Shown here in pieces: positions 14,321 to 28,200 of a stretch of DNA of 64,000 nucleotides. The stretch comes from Iphione sp. A-MEVVRFRX5 (taxonomy: Eukaryota), in the NCBI GenBank assembly GCA_976226885.1, contig OZ320313.1:75268001-75332000 (forward strand), read 5' to 3'. The translations under genes and the position numbers were made by a program. The notes under the pieces are model-generated. The model was given only the letters and a program-made list of their open reading frames with translations, was not told where the DNA came from and did not search any database. Position 1 is the stretch's first letter. Each line of letters starts with the position of its first letter.

Positions 14321-17300
14321 AAGAAAACCGCTGAAGTAGATATGTTCACACAAAACCATTCAGACAAGGGAGGATTCCGCTAAAAGGCCGCAGTCTGCCT
14401 TCATCGTCATTATCCTCAACACTAATGAGATAAAAAAATATCTGAGATTTGTTCCTTCTGGGGGTGTTTGAGCATTTTCCCTGGCCACACCTGTCTGTTT
14501 CATTTCATTCAATGTATGTAACTTCACAAAAATTGTATTTACGTGTTTTCCTATGAATTATCATGAATGGTAGTCAAAGTAATCCAATCATTTTTAGGAA
14601 GGAAGCGCTGTTGAGAATGTGTTCTGGCCTAAGTAGGTAAAGTAAGAATCTTTACATGTAGTTGTCCAATATCTTGTTACGCTGATGTGTCTTCGTGAAT
14701 GAGAATGGCGGTTTCCTCGCAACTTGTCACTTAGGATCTTGGGTGGAAAGTCCAGGGGTGCATATCTGAGATGCACCACGTGACTTGTGCTCACTGCCAA
14801 GGGCTTAAAGTCACCCATCAACTAAGAAAGAAAGAACTCTGTTGAAATATTTCTTTTATAAAGAATATACTAGTATGTTTTCACAAAATGGTGATGCTAG
14901 TTTTATGTATTGTCCTATTGAATTGGGTGATGCACAGGAAAATTTGAAGAACCCTGCACAAATTGACTCATCAATTTATCATCCTCTCATTACATCATCC
15001 GCACTAATGTAAGTGTAAACATGGACGATAAAGCCTTAATGTTTATTTCTTAAGTCAATGTTCATTTTGTTTATTTGCATTGGTTAAAAAATGTTTGTTT
15101 TACCAGCGGTCTTCATACTGCTTGGTATAATTGCAGCACATTGCAGCGGTTAAGATCACATATCTTAAAAGCTGACTCCAACGTGGTCACAAGTCGCATT
15201 ATATTCAGCAGACCCTGTCTATTCACGTGGAAAATTCTGCGGTTCTTCTAACAGGAGATAAGAATCAACAAATGTACTTCCAAATATTGATTTGCCTTTT
15301 CTTCTGAGATGTCGAATTTGCGAGGATGACATGTCATATATTACTCCACAGAAGATGTGCGTTGGTACAAATGAAATGCAAATGTACAAGACTGAGCAAA
15401 ACTTAGGTTCATTACTGTAGTTTCCATACTTATTGTCTTTATTTTTCACTGTCTTCTACCAAATGCTTTATCTTAAAAGAACAAATAGACATCAGGATTA
15501 ACAGTCATTTACCCTTTTCGATTTACGTCCTGCTAGTTCTAGTGACATGGGATTCATCTATCAAATTTATTTTCTGTATACATATGTAAAGGACACTATC
15601 AAGCTTAACGAGGTGCTATGGTGCATCCACCTTAGAGTAGTAAATTATGTGTTCAGTTTTTATATTTTTTCCCTGTGAATAGTCAGATATTCCTCTCTGG
15701 TTTTGCATGGTATATATATTCAAGTAAACCTTGTAAAAAACACATTTTAGTTTGTTGTCCTTGGGAGATAGACGTGGGAGAAATGCACAGAGTGTCATCC
15801 AAGTAAAGTTAGTAACTTTGCTGTCACCTGGTGACAAGGGCAACTCAAAATTGAGGTGGTATCTCCATGTATGTGGGTTGAAAACCCACATCAGGGTGCG
15901 GACTCCAGGCTGTCTGCACCAGCCCGCCACAGGGGGCGGGGTTTATCCTATGTACCAAGGCTACATGCACTGTCTTAATTGACAATTAACATGTTAAGTA
16001 CATATTCTTTAAAATTAATGTCAGTGAATGGTCTATATGTTGAAAGTGAGGCATATTGGTGGAAATTTGGGGTATTTTTTTTTTTAAGTGAGGCATTATA
16101 TCATTTAGTTGAAAGTGAGGCATATCGGTAGAGATTTAATGCAATCTTTTTGTGCAAATGAAATGCAAATTGGGTAACAAATTTTAAAGAATAACATTTA
16201 AAAAAAGCCTTTAACATGTTTATAATGCCTATCCACAGCCCACATGAGGTGGCGGGGCCCAGAGGGAGCAGCCCATCGCCAATCGCATAGCCTGCATGGA
16301 CTGGGTGGCAGGTCTGGACTACCTGCACATGTGGGTACACTGCCATGAAAATACCCTAGAGCAGTCTCCCTGCAGTCCCCACCACCAGGGGCGGGTCCAG
16401 ACAACCTGCACACATGGGGATAGCACATAAGGGCAGATCTGGCTGGTCCCAATGGATTATTTTCTATAGTAGTCTCAGTTCTTAGTTGTCACTATACAAG
16501 GAAATTTTCTCATTAAAAGAAGTGTTAATAGGCATTTTATATACAGTTGGGAAAACGTCCTCATAGAAACCAAACCTTGAATCATGTCAGAGACATAGAA
16601 CAGAAATTTCTCTAGTTAGTGCTATCTAAAGCTCTCTTTTTTACGTCTTTTTTCCTACAAAATTTTCCTTCCATTTAGATTAAATAAACCAAAGAGAGTC
16701 AGCATACGCTCTTTGCATAAACTTACCAGTGAAATGTGATCTTGACTTTGTAGTGCCATTGTTCAGGGAAGTCGAGCTATGATACGCATCGAGGTGGCGC
16801 TGCTGTTGGCAACCCATTCACTCATGTCCATAAAAGTGAAAAATATGGCAACTGCTGGATGCATCCACACCTGACGATTGCTGATTGGATTGCCTACAAC
16901 GGCATCACTTGTGCACGTCTCTCAGGTAGACACCTAGTGTACAACAGTGGTACTTCAGTACCATTTTTCCTTTGATTACAAATATGATGGACTGAATTCA
17001 GTAGACTGAATTTACAATACCATGAAAGTTCATTCTTCCAAGGTCCTTTCATATATATATACAAAAGCACTAATAAGTCTTTGATCATAACTTTATTACA
17101 TACAAGTGAGTTGAAACAGGCAAGTATTTTGTGCGGTTAATGCTTACATGTACATTTGTGGTCAGTTATTTTAAACATGATATTTACATGCATGTTTATT
17201 GCCATGTGATTTATGTTTTCATATGGCTAGGGAGATAAAACCAGCCATGATTCTGTATTGAGTAGGTCTTAAATGTACATGTACATGGCCCATTTGCAAG

Positions 17301-18245
17301 TGATCCACGACTGGGTTTGCCATCCAAGTAGCCTAGACGACTCAGAGATATTCCATGTGCTTATCCCGAAGTACCGCGTGAAAATCAAGCCATAACGACA
17401 CTTCTGTCTTCTGCTGACCAACAGGGCCCATGCACATACCTGTGGAGGTACTACCCCTCTGGGTGTACTACCCGGCTAGTTTATGTCTCAGGTCGTACAT
17501 AGTTATTTTTCCACAGTGAACATCCTACTGTGATTCTTTGGGGAATGACTGATGGGTTTACGGGCAGTTTGGCAGATGGGTGAGTAAAGGTGCCTCGCAG
17601 GCCCTGGTACTATACAGTTTCGCTAAGAGCTTCCATGACAAATAATAGTTGCGTTTAGAAACATAACGAACGCGTTTTACGGGCCTTCTGGTCGGATGAT
17701 TTACATTTACAGATATGTAGATGTAGGGCTGCAAGCTTCATATGGCATCTTGGACAGGTAAATGTTTCATAAAGGTACGTTAGATTTGGACTTTCTCTCA
17801 GTGTGATTCCTCTTGGTTGATGTATTTCAAGCCAAATCAAATTAGATGAATGGTTAGTCAGTATGAAATATATTACAATCCAATGTTTAACAGAACAATA
17901 GTATTGAACCAACATCTTTACGTACAAATTAGTGGATAATAAGGATGAGGATGATTGCAAATACAAAGCTTTGCCGGTTCACGTTCATTAAGAATCTGGT
18001 ACAATGTTAGCCAAGGGTACAGCAGGAATACATCTGGTAAATAATTCTTTTTTTCTTGGCAGTATGAATCTTTCACATTTCGATGGATCAATCAAAACCT
18101 CATTAGAGTCTCCTGCGTAAATGCTGAGTGAGTATGATATAGTGGGCCTCTTCCAGGCACAAAACGCAAGCCCACCAGGTTGTACGTAATATTTTATCCA
18201 AGTAGAGACACTACATGTATATGTATGGTTGTTCTTCGGACGAAG

Positions 18246-21200
18246 TTACATAGCCAAGCCACCTCCAGACCACTCCATACGCTGCAAATAGAAACAACTA
18301 CTTATATATGATGGTGATTGAGTAATAGACAGTTAACGACCTGGGTCGTGAGATATCTTTCAGTTTAACTTTAGTACATAACCCAGACAGTTGAATATAA
18401 ACAACAGCAAATATGATGATGAAATATTCGTATGGGTCGGTGAATAAAATGCATATACAGTAACATAACATGGAAGAACTTTATGCACACTTTTCATTTT
18501 ATCAATCCAATTCGTCTCACCTTTTGGGGCTCTACAAATGCTAGCCAGTCAGAAGGATGCGTAGGTAAAAGTCCCATAACCTGACACTTATATATCGCCA
18601 ATGCCAAGCCTGCCAAATTCCCGATGAAATACACCAACCTCTGCGTATATGCATAATCACCATCAATCATTTTGAACGCTGAAAATGACAAAAATATTAA
18701 ACTGAATTGAAAAGAATCATTGCATCCAACTATCGCCCCACAAGGACAGTTTACTAATACAGATGACATAAAAAGAAAAAAAAAACAACAATCAAATGAG
18801 AATTATGTTCTCAAAGGTTGATATTCATTTTGAATAAAGAACAAAATTAAAAGTAAAATATTCATATAAATAGTGCTTTCCCTATGTTCAAACACAGTAA
18901 ACAATTGGTGTATAGCAGTACAAGTCCCCGCGGGGTGAAGGAGTGGTTGAACACAGACAAATTTATACATGAAAATAATTGCTTTTTCCAATTCGCTCCA
19001 TGTTTGGTATTCTTATGATGGTCTGTAGTGTGAACCTTATTGCACTAGCTTTGACTGTATGGGGGGGGGAATAATATCTTCTGTTTTACGGGATCAAGAT
19101 GAAGTCAATAAATTGTAAACGCATTATATTCTAGCTGAAGACAAAAAAAAATCTTACTTTGTTGTACCGACAGTAGAGCCTGGATAGGCCTGATAAACAT
19201 CATTCCTACCATCATGATAGGGAAGATAGAGATGGAATTTCCAGCCATCCACATAATGAACAAGTTCATGGGAATTTGCTTGATGGGCCCAAGTGCAATG
19301 TCCCAAGATTTCTGAAATTCAAAATATCGATATCATTGATAAATGGTTGGTTAAAGTACTATATGCATATATCATTATATTTATAGCATTTGTCTTTGGA
19401 TCTACTTTAAAACTATACAGGCATTAAGTTAGGGACTACAAAACGTGGTGGGATGCGTCCTCAGTGATGCAAAAAGAAAGGCATTAAATTGGGGAGTAGC
19501 TGTATACATTAGGATGATTCCGTATAAGAATTTCCAATATCGATTAGCATTGACAAATTACGAATATGATAATTAACATTTATATCCTATAGGTGCGAGA
19601 ATTGCTTGCAAGAAGAACATGATATAAACCATAGAAAGCTTACTTTTGCTATGATGCCCGCATTAGACTCCCGAGAACTGGCATCACCTGGCATCATCCT
19701 GTCAGAGTAACCTTGGGGACTGGCTATTTCTGCAGCCAGACCCTGACGTTCCGCCTTGGGCCTTTGAAAAAAGGTTCAATGATTTCAAGTTATAGAGGAA
19801 TAAATTCTACAAAGAAAGTGCCCACTACATTATCTGCTTATTAACACGATTTTTTTTGGCATTAATTTTACATGTAGATTGCGAATGTGATTGGCGATAG
19901 CGGTCAATCTAGCATAACTGGTGGTTAAGGACAGGGTTACTGAACTTATGACCAAGATCATGGACATTTGCTGTGGCACATGAGTGTCATGTAATAGATA
20001 GTGACTGTAAATACCAAATGCTAAGCTCTAGTTATAAGAACTGCACTTATTTGTTACCAACATCTAATATCTACACCCGTTCGCTGGGAGATTTTGTGGC
20101 CATGTCACTAAAGAAGTGAATAAACTATTCTTGATTCTTGAAAAATTTGAGAAGGGCTTTTTGTCACAAAAAAAGTTCATAAAAGGACCTTTTTAACACC
20201 AGAACGATAAAGAAGACGACAAAATGGGTCACTAGATGTGGCAAGATAATTCAGGGGTCACAGCTGTCTCGAAAAACGAAATATGGGAATATTAAAGAAA
20301 ATACAGCAATTGAAATGCAACATGTGTGAAAACAAAGATTCTATTCTTTGGATGTCCGAAATCAGTAATCGCCAGTCTTCAGATTCACTTGAACCAATGC
20401 ATCAGGATCAGCATTCAGAAAAACACCGGACAATGTCTGCAAAAAGGATAAGTGAAGCGTACAAGATTGAGAGGGTGGACATGATGGTACAACATCACAC
20501 ACTGTCTGCTGTCCACAGACTGATGAAGTTGGGCGAGCTTCCAGTCAGTCAGCCAACACATACAAGAGGTGGTCGAACCACCTGTGTGAGAATAGACAAG
20601 CCAAGGGGCTGCAGCTTTGTCACCACCTTCCATTACAGTGCAGTAAGGGCCTGGAATAACTTGCTAGCGGACATGAAGAATACATTCAAGCCAAACTACA
20701 AGACCTGGGTGAAAACACACTCTCGCTGACCTACATAGTTTGACAGTTGCGACAGACACATATATGCTCTGACGGACCGTGATGAGTGATGATGATTGAG
20801 GTCTGAGGGGCCCCTCTGTTGGGTCTGTCTATCTTTAAAATCCCCCGTTTGTTCATCCTCTTTATCTCCATCTGAAGACAGATAACTGACTTAAATCCTG
20901 CCTTGTACGCGCGATTTGCCATTACACTGTCCCATCCTGGGACGTTTTTCGCCTGCATTGGTCTCCTAGACTTTACCCCACTATTCAACCACAAGTGCTA
21001 TGTTACCTCATTAGACATTGTACAACTGTCTCTTTATCGTGTGTTTGTCATGTGTTTTAATGTAGTACAATCGTTTCTTGTCGTGTGGTTTCCTTTCTTG
21101 TATGTATAACTTTATGTCATTGCTGTCTCCTATGTCTGTTGTTAATTGCCTGTCTCCACTCAATTGTATCTGTGTAATTAAGTTATGTATTATGATGTGT

Positions 21201-23016
21201 GCTCCCTTTTGTGTTACCCAACTTATTTTATTGCTCCAATGATATCTTCGTACTACTATGAAGACGGACAATAAAAATATTCAATTCAATTGAATTCAAA
21301 ACATGTGACATTTCTATAATGATTACTTGTATATATACTTATGATGTTTTCTATATAAAGCATGAACATACATGAACACTACAAAGTACAAGAGAAGAAA
21401 AACTCTATGAAATACTGGGGGCATATGACCACAGTCCATATGTCTAGAGGAAATACATAAACTGTAGGACAATTCTGTAGGGAAATGTCTCAGACTGGGA
21501 AACGCCTAAAATTGGGTTATATTTGTAACTTGTTCACTATAGTATAGTCTACTATGACGTCTAAACAAGACAGGGAAAAAAATGTGGGACTTTGCCGCGG
21601 GGACAGCAGTGGATGTGATATGCCTGTGTACTGTCTCTGCCTCCATGCACAAATTAACATCTACTGCCACGCCTTCGTTAGGGTTAAATTGAATTTTCCT
21701 GTTATGTATCCTTTGTAATAGTTTATCGTTAACATTTCACCTGACACATCTTAGACTAAGACACATCTCAACTGGAGTCAGTTTGAGAAAGAACCAAAAG
21801 TGTTCTAAGCAGAGACATTCCATTCTACATGTACTATTCCATCTGAACAATTTAACATGATAATGCTGAACTAAGGCCTATACTTTCTCTGCACACTGGA
21901 CATTTTTGTCCCCTCAAAATATAGTCTATCTAAAACAAAAGAAAGTCTTTAAACAAGTCTCAACAAGCTAAAATCTTATTGCATAACATGGAAACTGGAT
22001 GGGAACCTAACCAAAAGTAAGGTAATAATCCTCAGTAGATTGGATCATATCAAACACCCTTCACCTATGATGACGAATTGGTTGAATCTGTCGGGGCTTA
22101 TTGATACCTGGGGATAGACATATGCAACTCTGGCTCTTTCAACACTGCAATGCTAAACAGTACTGTTGTTTTCTTATGGAGCCCAAGAACAAAGTGCTGG
22201 CAGCTAATGTGTACTTTTTCTGCAGGCAGTTTTCTCAACTTTTTTGAAAATTTATACTCGTGACATCCTAAGATCACATCCCAGATCTCACTATTGTACA
22301 GAGCAATGAGTTTAATCAGGGAGTGGAACAGGGCTACAGCAAATTTTGGAGCAATACACTCAACACCTAAGGAGGCTTTAAGCTTGAAACATGCTTTAAT
22401 GGCTTTGTTCTTAATGTTTAGCATTGCAGTGTTGCAGTGTCAGTACTTTCATCAATGTGTACCCTACTGTGGAGATTGCTATAAATAGTCTTTCCAAAGT
22501 TATGAGACTCCAGAGATTTTTTCTTAAAAGTCTATAATTATTTTTAGGACAAACATGTGATCTGCAATCCAGGTGTGTCTTGGGTCTCAGTTCAAATATC
22601 GGCTAGTCCAAACATCAAGAGTTTAGTCTAAACATCAATGGTTACTGGTCTAAACGTCAACTAGACTTATTTAGAGTAATTTCTAGTATAGCGAACCCCT
22701 GCTTAAAGTGACCATCTGAAGGGGGGTGTGGGGGGAGACCCCCACAAGTACTCAAGTAGCTTAAACAAGGTGGGGTGTGGGGAGCTGGCTCACCAAACTT
22801 CGCTGGGATGTGCTTTACCAAAAGTGACCAATTATTTCTATTAAAATAAGCACCAAAAGGGGGGGGGGTTGGAAGGAACCCCCAAAAATTTAGAGAACAA
22901 AAATCAAAATTAGGACTAGTGTTGGCTTTATTATCAACAAGCGCCTTCGGCGACATGTGTGTGTATGAGAGAAAGAGAGAAAGGGGGGGGGGGGAGAGAG
23001 AGAGAGAGAGAGAGAA

Positions 23017-23063
<47 letters not shown>

Positions 23064-25098
23064 GACAGAGAAAGGTAGTCGTTAGCTTGGGTGACAGCAG
23101 CGGCAGGGAGGACAGAGGACCTGACTGGGGTGTTTGCGCAAAATAGCGGTGGTCTTGGTCGGGCAGCCTGGAACTACACAACTACATGGGGGGCAGGGTA
23201 TCTTCATTAATTCAATGGTAGCACGTCACCAGGGTATGTGTGTGTGTGTGTTTGCATGGTCAGTCCCACTGCTACCTCCCTGCTGTAGTTAGTGATGTCC
23301 TGTGACCCAATTAAGCTTGGTCAGTCCAGCACTACCTCCCCCCTACAGGGGAGACTGGCAGTTAGGGTGCATATTCCTACACTTAACTGAGAAAAATAGG
23401 ACAATAGTTTTCTTCTCCTTTCTTTTATATTGTGTTTTCTAGTACAAAATGTTTATTTCTCATCATGTTTTCTAAAAAAATTTCTAAATATATGTGTAAA
23501 TAAAATAAATAGTGTCTATTTCTAAAATCACACAACTAAGATGAGACTTCACTGGGGACAGACTACTTTCATGTGCCGTTTTTAATAGTGAGTGTAAAAA
23601 TAAAGGGTTAGAGATAGGGTTAGCCTAACATTACAACAGTGTTGACATTTGAACCAGTTGACGTTTGGACTGTAACCCCATGTCTTCCTGTATGAATTTT
23701 CAATTGTAGCAGTCACCTCGGCCACTTCCAGTCGCATTTTTTTTACATGTTGGAGGTGCAAACAACTTGTCAAAACCTAAGTAACATAAAAAGATACAAT
23801 TGTCCTCTTTAAATACACATGGTGCTGTGCTTTCTGTCTACATCTAAGTTGTTTCCCAGGATTAATTATTATCATAGAATGGTTTATTTATGTTTTGTTT
23901 GAGATTTTACAAAGTGAGTGATAAAAGGGTAATTTGCTATTGTTAGGCTTGCTTAAAAAACTCATCAGTACAACATGAAGAATTTTTTTACATACTAATA
24001 CAAATGGGAATTCATAGTTAACATATAGTTCTATAATCCTGTCCATTAATAGATTTGTGGGCAATATATTTAATGAGTTCTAGCCTTTCAAACTAAACTG
24101 CTATGTACTGTTGCCTCCAAGATGCACGGTCCCCACTCAAATTTCATTTTCGAATTCCCTGTGTTTTCCCTGAGTTTTCCCTGTGCCATGGCAGTTTTCC
24201 CTGTGTTGGTTTCTATACAACTTTACATGACAGAGCTTTGAATTATCAAATTATAATTGAAGTTTGTTGTTCTCTAGCATGGAATATGTATCCTATTTGT
24301 ATCATGAGTTACAAAATCCTGTGTCAGGTACAGGACTGTGAAATTTAGAACTATAATTTTTTTTTATATTCTCAATTCCATAACTTAGACTTACTCTAGC
24401 ATGAACAGGTTATCATGCTGTCAGAAAGCTGAAAGGAAAATAGCAGCAGTTAATGTTTATGACTGCCATGAAGTATTTCTTACTATTTGATTATATGTGG
24501 GTGATTTTCTAACTAATGATGTTGACCTGTGATTTCTTTTAATTGATTTTCAGAATTTTTTCCCTGTGTTTGTCCCAAATTTTCAAATTCCCTGTTTTCC
24601 CGGACAGGGAATTTTTTGGGCCATTTTCCCTGTTTTCCCTGTGCAGTGGGGACCCTGAAGATAGTTGCCAGGTGTGCACACTAGTTCCATCTATGAAATC
24701 TGTAACTATTGCGACCGTGTGTTCCTATTTGAATTTTCAATGCCTTCGATTTTCTATAATATATTAAAATATTATTTGCGATTGTGAAGCAGTGCGTGTA
24801 AATAATTTGTAGATAATTTTGGTGAAAACTGGTTGGTCAAAGTGGCTTCAGGAGCTGCGTTCTCAGAGGCTTCGTACAGAGCGACTGTACATGCGGGGCC
24901 TGTCCGTGTCATTGCTCCTGCTGGCTGTAGTGTTTACACAAACACCTTTTGCTCTGTTGAGTACATTCATTTGGTCAAAATGTACATTTTCTTGAATCCA
25001 ACCGTTACTCTTCGTGAATAGTGTAAGATATATACCAACCTTTCGAATTCAAGGGCCCATTTATGAGTTTTTCTAACATTTCCTCGTGCGACACTCAT
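18246..25098 (-). CDS. EMC4: ER membrane protein complex subunit 4 (TMEM85), complete spliced CDS, 174 aa
   Basis: Minus-strand exons: 25040-25098 ([19 protein letters not shown]), 19644-19761 (...[26 protein letters not shown]), 19158-19311 ([46 protein letters not shown]), 18521-18678 (...[39 protein letters not shown]), 18246-18281 ([11 protein letters not shown]). GT-AG, phases consistent, 525 nt. Confidence 0.97.
20160..21300 (+). mobile_element. 5'-truncated CR1/L2-type LINE 3' end in EMC4 intron 1
   Basis: ORF 20283-20729 resembles an RT C-terminus (HTRGG...[13 protein letters not shown]). It is followed by a 3' UTR ending in AATAAA and an (ATTCA)n-like tail at about 21269-21300. Confidence 0.7.
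21830..22500. mobile_element. Decayed LINE RT fragment with an internally inverted segment
   Basis: The + strand encodes a degenerate post-YADD region ([11 protein letters not shown]...KSKVII...YLGI...[10 protein letters not shown]). The continuation ([13 protein letters not shown]...LYNSEIW...[20 protein letters not shown]) lies on the - strand at about 22160-22435. Confidence 0.7.
22967..23073. repeat. Compound (GA)n/(GACA)n microsatellite with a G run
   Basis: Seen directly. Confidence 0.95.
24125..24657. mobile_element. Non-autonomous DNA transposon (hAT-like MITE)
   Basis: TIRs CACGGTCCCCACT (24125) and AGTGGGGACCCTG (to 24657) match at 12/13; subterminal TTTTCCCTG(T)G motifs are repeated at both ends. 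No intact 8-bp TSD. Confidence 0.65.
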
Positions 25099-25241
25099 TT
25101 CTTTGCACTATCGTAGTCTTCCACAGGAAGTAAATCGGAAAGGGCAAAAGTGAGTTGTAACTGTTTGTGTTGTCCTTGCCGTTCAGGGGGAGACGAAAAG
25201 AGGAACGACGGAGGGCTTGTGATTGTTGATTCACGACAAAA
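25099..25241. promoter_or_regulatory. Compact bidirectional promoter and 5' UTR region of EMC4 (-) and NGDN (+)
   Basis: 143 bp separate the EMC4 ATG (25098) and the NGDN ATG (25242). ETS-like CAGGAAGT at 25124-25131, with extra GGAA cores on both strands (25118-25122, 25135-25140); locally CpG-rich. Confidence 0.8.
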
Positions 25242-28200
25242 ATGGAATACAAGGTAAGAGAGCATTACAGACTAAAGTCTTATGAAATTTGTACTGGTGG
25301 ATACTGTTACAACAAGAGTAACTTTTCATCAATTGCCTGTGACTTTGAGCGATAATTGGAAGTCTGAGATTACGTGGTGGCACATGTTTTACTCATTCCC
25401 GTAAACGTTTAATAATGAAACAAATGCTACTTTCCCGGAGTATCCTGTAGAAACAAGAACTAAAATCCTTTACCGGTCTGATAATGTACTCATACAAACA
25501 CATACAAAAACGTGCACTCCTGTCACAACCACCTCCTAGCTATTGGGGCACACTGTGTCAAAGTGTGTTCACCTAGACAGAACTAATGAGTGGACGTCAG
25601 ATCTATGAGTGATGGTGAACTGACCGCCACTTAATGCAAGGGGTAGTACAATGGTAAAAGTGGGAAGAGCTTCTTTGATCTCTGAGTGGACATATAAGTG
25701 TGTAACATCACTTTAGCCAGCAGATGAGTTGATTGCCAGCTTCCCCAACCTCTCCCCATCCCCCCTCCGCCCCCCCCCTAATGGACCGATAGCCAGCGGT
25801 TCAAGTAACTTGTATTTTGGCCATTACTTTTACTTGTTACAAAAGTGTCACAATTTGTAGCCATCTGATTGGTCCGTTCTCATTAAAACGTCACAATTAC
25901 TAAAAATGACATCCACAGTACCAGTTGCTTCCAACTGCTGGCGATTAGTTCATTAGTCAGCAGGTAAAGGTGATTGAGAGCACTTCCAGGCCTTCTGTGT
26001 TTACTGACCAGCCTTCCTCTCCAACCACTATCTTCCACGCCGCACCCTACTTCTCAGTCAGGAGGCTGCCTTGGTAGTGGCCTGACTGTCCAACGACTGC
26101 TGATCTCCAACTTTAAACCACATATCAGTGGGTTTAGGTTGCAAACATGAAATTCATGCAAATCTAGCCAAAAAAAACCGCCGAAATTCATGCATATTCA
26201 GCCAAAACAGTGAAATTCGTGGCAATCTGGCTGCAAAACAGTGAAATCTATGGAAATCTTGAAAAAAATAGGGAAATTCATGCAAATAGGAATTGGACGG
26301 TAGCGTGCTGATTATCTAAAAAAAAAACAAGAAACACCTTCACTATAAACCCTACATGGTCAGTAAATAGTTTCAATGTATGTTGTTTTTCACTAAATAA
26401 ATGTTATACAAACAAATCTGATGGCCTGTGTATAAAATTGGTCACAAATTTGTGCCTGATAAGACAACCGTCGAAACCATGTTATAGTGGCCAAAAATGC
26501 TTGCCATAGACTGCCTCATAAATAGTGCACTGACACCTTATTGACACATTGACAACAAGACAGCATATAAGCACAACAGGGTAAGCTGGTAGGCCACAAC
26601 TCGCCAGCACACTTTATAGAACAGAGCATAGCCACGTCTATGCACATTTAGCTAGTTGATTTAAGTTACCTCTAAATGCAGCATGCACTGCAATACTCTT
26701 GTTAGTTCCCCTTGATTGAATAAAAGGTGGGGAAAATAGACTCCATAGGTTTGGATAGCCTCTTTGGGCTCTGTTGATGAGTCTGTCAGCCAGGCTATTG
26801 TCGGCCAAGCCAGGCACCTTCCTCTGAATGGCTTTCGGTTTTGTATATATAGGTGCCATCATTCATCTTGTTGACTTCATGCAATAAACTTCTGAAAACT
26901 ATGCTGAGAATGTCTTTATGTTCAGGATGTAACAGTATTAAAATCAAATTGTTAGGGGTTAACTACCCTGGCTCTACTGCCACCTTTCAACTGATATTAA
27001 CGAGAATTCCAGTCATTTCATCAGTGGCACTGCATTTTACATGCTTTTTGATAATTCCACTTTTGAAGTGCGCCATTCTGATTATATATTTTTTGTACTG
27101 CCTGATTTTTTTGTTGCTAGTATAATTACAAATCTAAATATGTTCCCTGTGGTGGCATTTTTAATAAAGTGAAATGGCAAAGAAGTAAAATGGTAGGGTT
27201 TGAAATGGCTAGGGGACAAAACATCCTGTGTGAGTTGATATCGGTACTAAAATTTTCATCCCACACTCATTGAACTGTTGCTGGTGCTTAAAAAAAACAT
27301 TTGGAGAGAATCATGAGATGTCATAACTTGACTAAAACTTACGCAGAGTCATTATAACAAAGGTTTTCATGGTGGAATTGAGAAAAATTGATAAAAACAT
27401 GCCTAGCGTGTATGTCATGGTGCAACCGTGTCTGTGTGTGTTTTCTATGGCAGAAACAGTTGGGATAGAACCCAGTTGTCAGGGAGAGGAGAAGCAACAG
27501 TATGGGTAGTTTAGGTTACCATTCCATGCCTAATGTGATGTCATTGAAAACAGATATGGTATCTGTTTTGGGGTGATAATTATTTGCCATGACATATGAA
27601 TCATAACATACTTACAGCTTCGACTACGTAGTCTGGTCAGGCACAAAAAATGGAATTGAGAAAAATGTAGAGAAGAAATGTAACATTAACCATGAAAAGC
27701 ACATTATAACAATCGACTCATTGATGCATGTGTATTATAGTTGCAGTGTATAATAAACTTTATATATCAGAGTGAAGCAATCCTAGCCCAATTCTTTAAG
27801 CTGTGAGCAAACTGCCTGATTGTTAACAGTAATTGGTCTGGTCGGGGTCCATTTTTCCAAGTTTGGGTATTACACTATGCCCATTTGGTTATTGCATCAG
27901 AAGTTTTTAGCCTCTGCTTGGCAGGGAACAGTGTATCAGTATGATGTGTTGCCATTTGGTTTGTCAGCTGCCCCTAGGATCTTTATGAAGATCATGGCTC
28001 CTCCCTTGGCTCATCTTAGGGAGGAGGGGGTGGTGTTGACTTCTTGAATTGATGATATCTTTATCATTAGCAGAGACACTAGGGAGTGTTCTTTGTTCAT
28101 CTCTGGAGACTGCCAAGTTGTTGCACTCTGTTGATTTTTTCATTGATTTTGTGAAGTCTTCCCTAGAGCCAGCCCAGTTTGTTGTGTTCCTGGGTAACAC

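Noticed and set aside
14681-16925. Exon-like open frames between ELMO and EMC4 (- 14681-14821, - 15113-15247, + about 16754-16925)
   Set aside because: Each is only 45-57 codons with no recognisable homology. They cannot be chained (the upstream minus one ends in a stop), and nearby sequence shares short matches with repeats (16922-16940 versus 6238-6256).
22657-23181. 174-aa minus-strand ORF
   Set aside because: Built from microsatellite and G/C runs.
25150-25186. Possible GTGAGT...TTCAG intron in the NGDN 5' UTR
   Set aside because: Only 37 nt, far shorter than any verified intron here (shortest about 110 nt); cannot be supported without transcripts.
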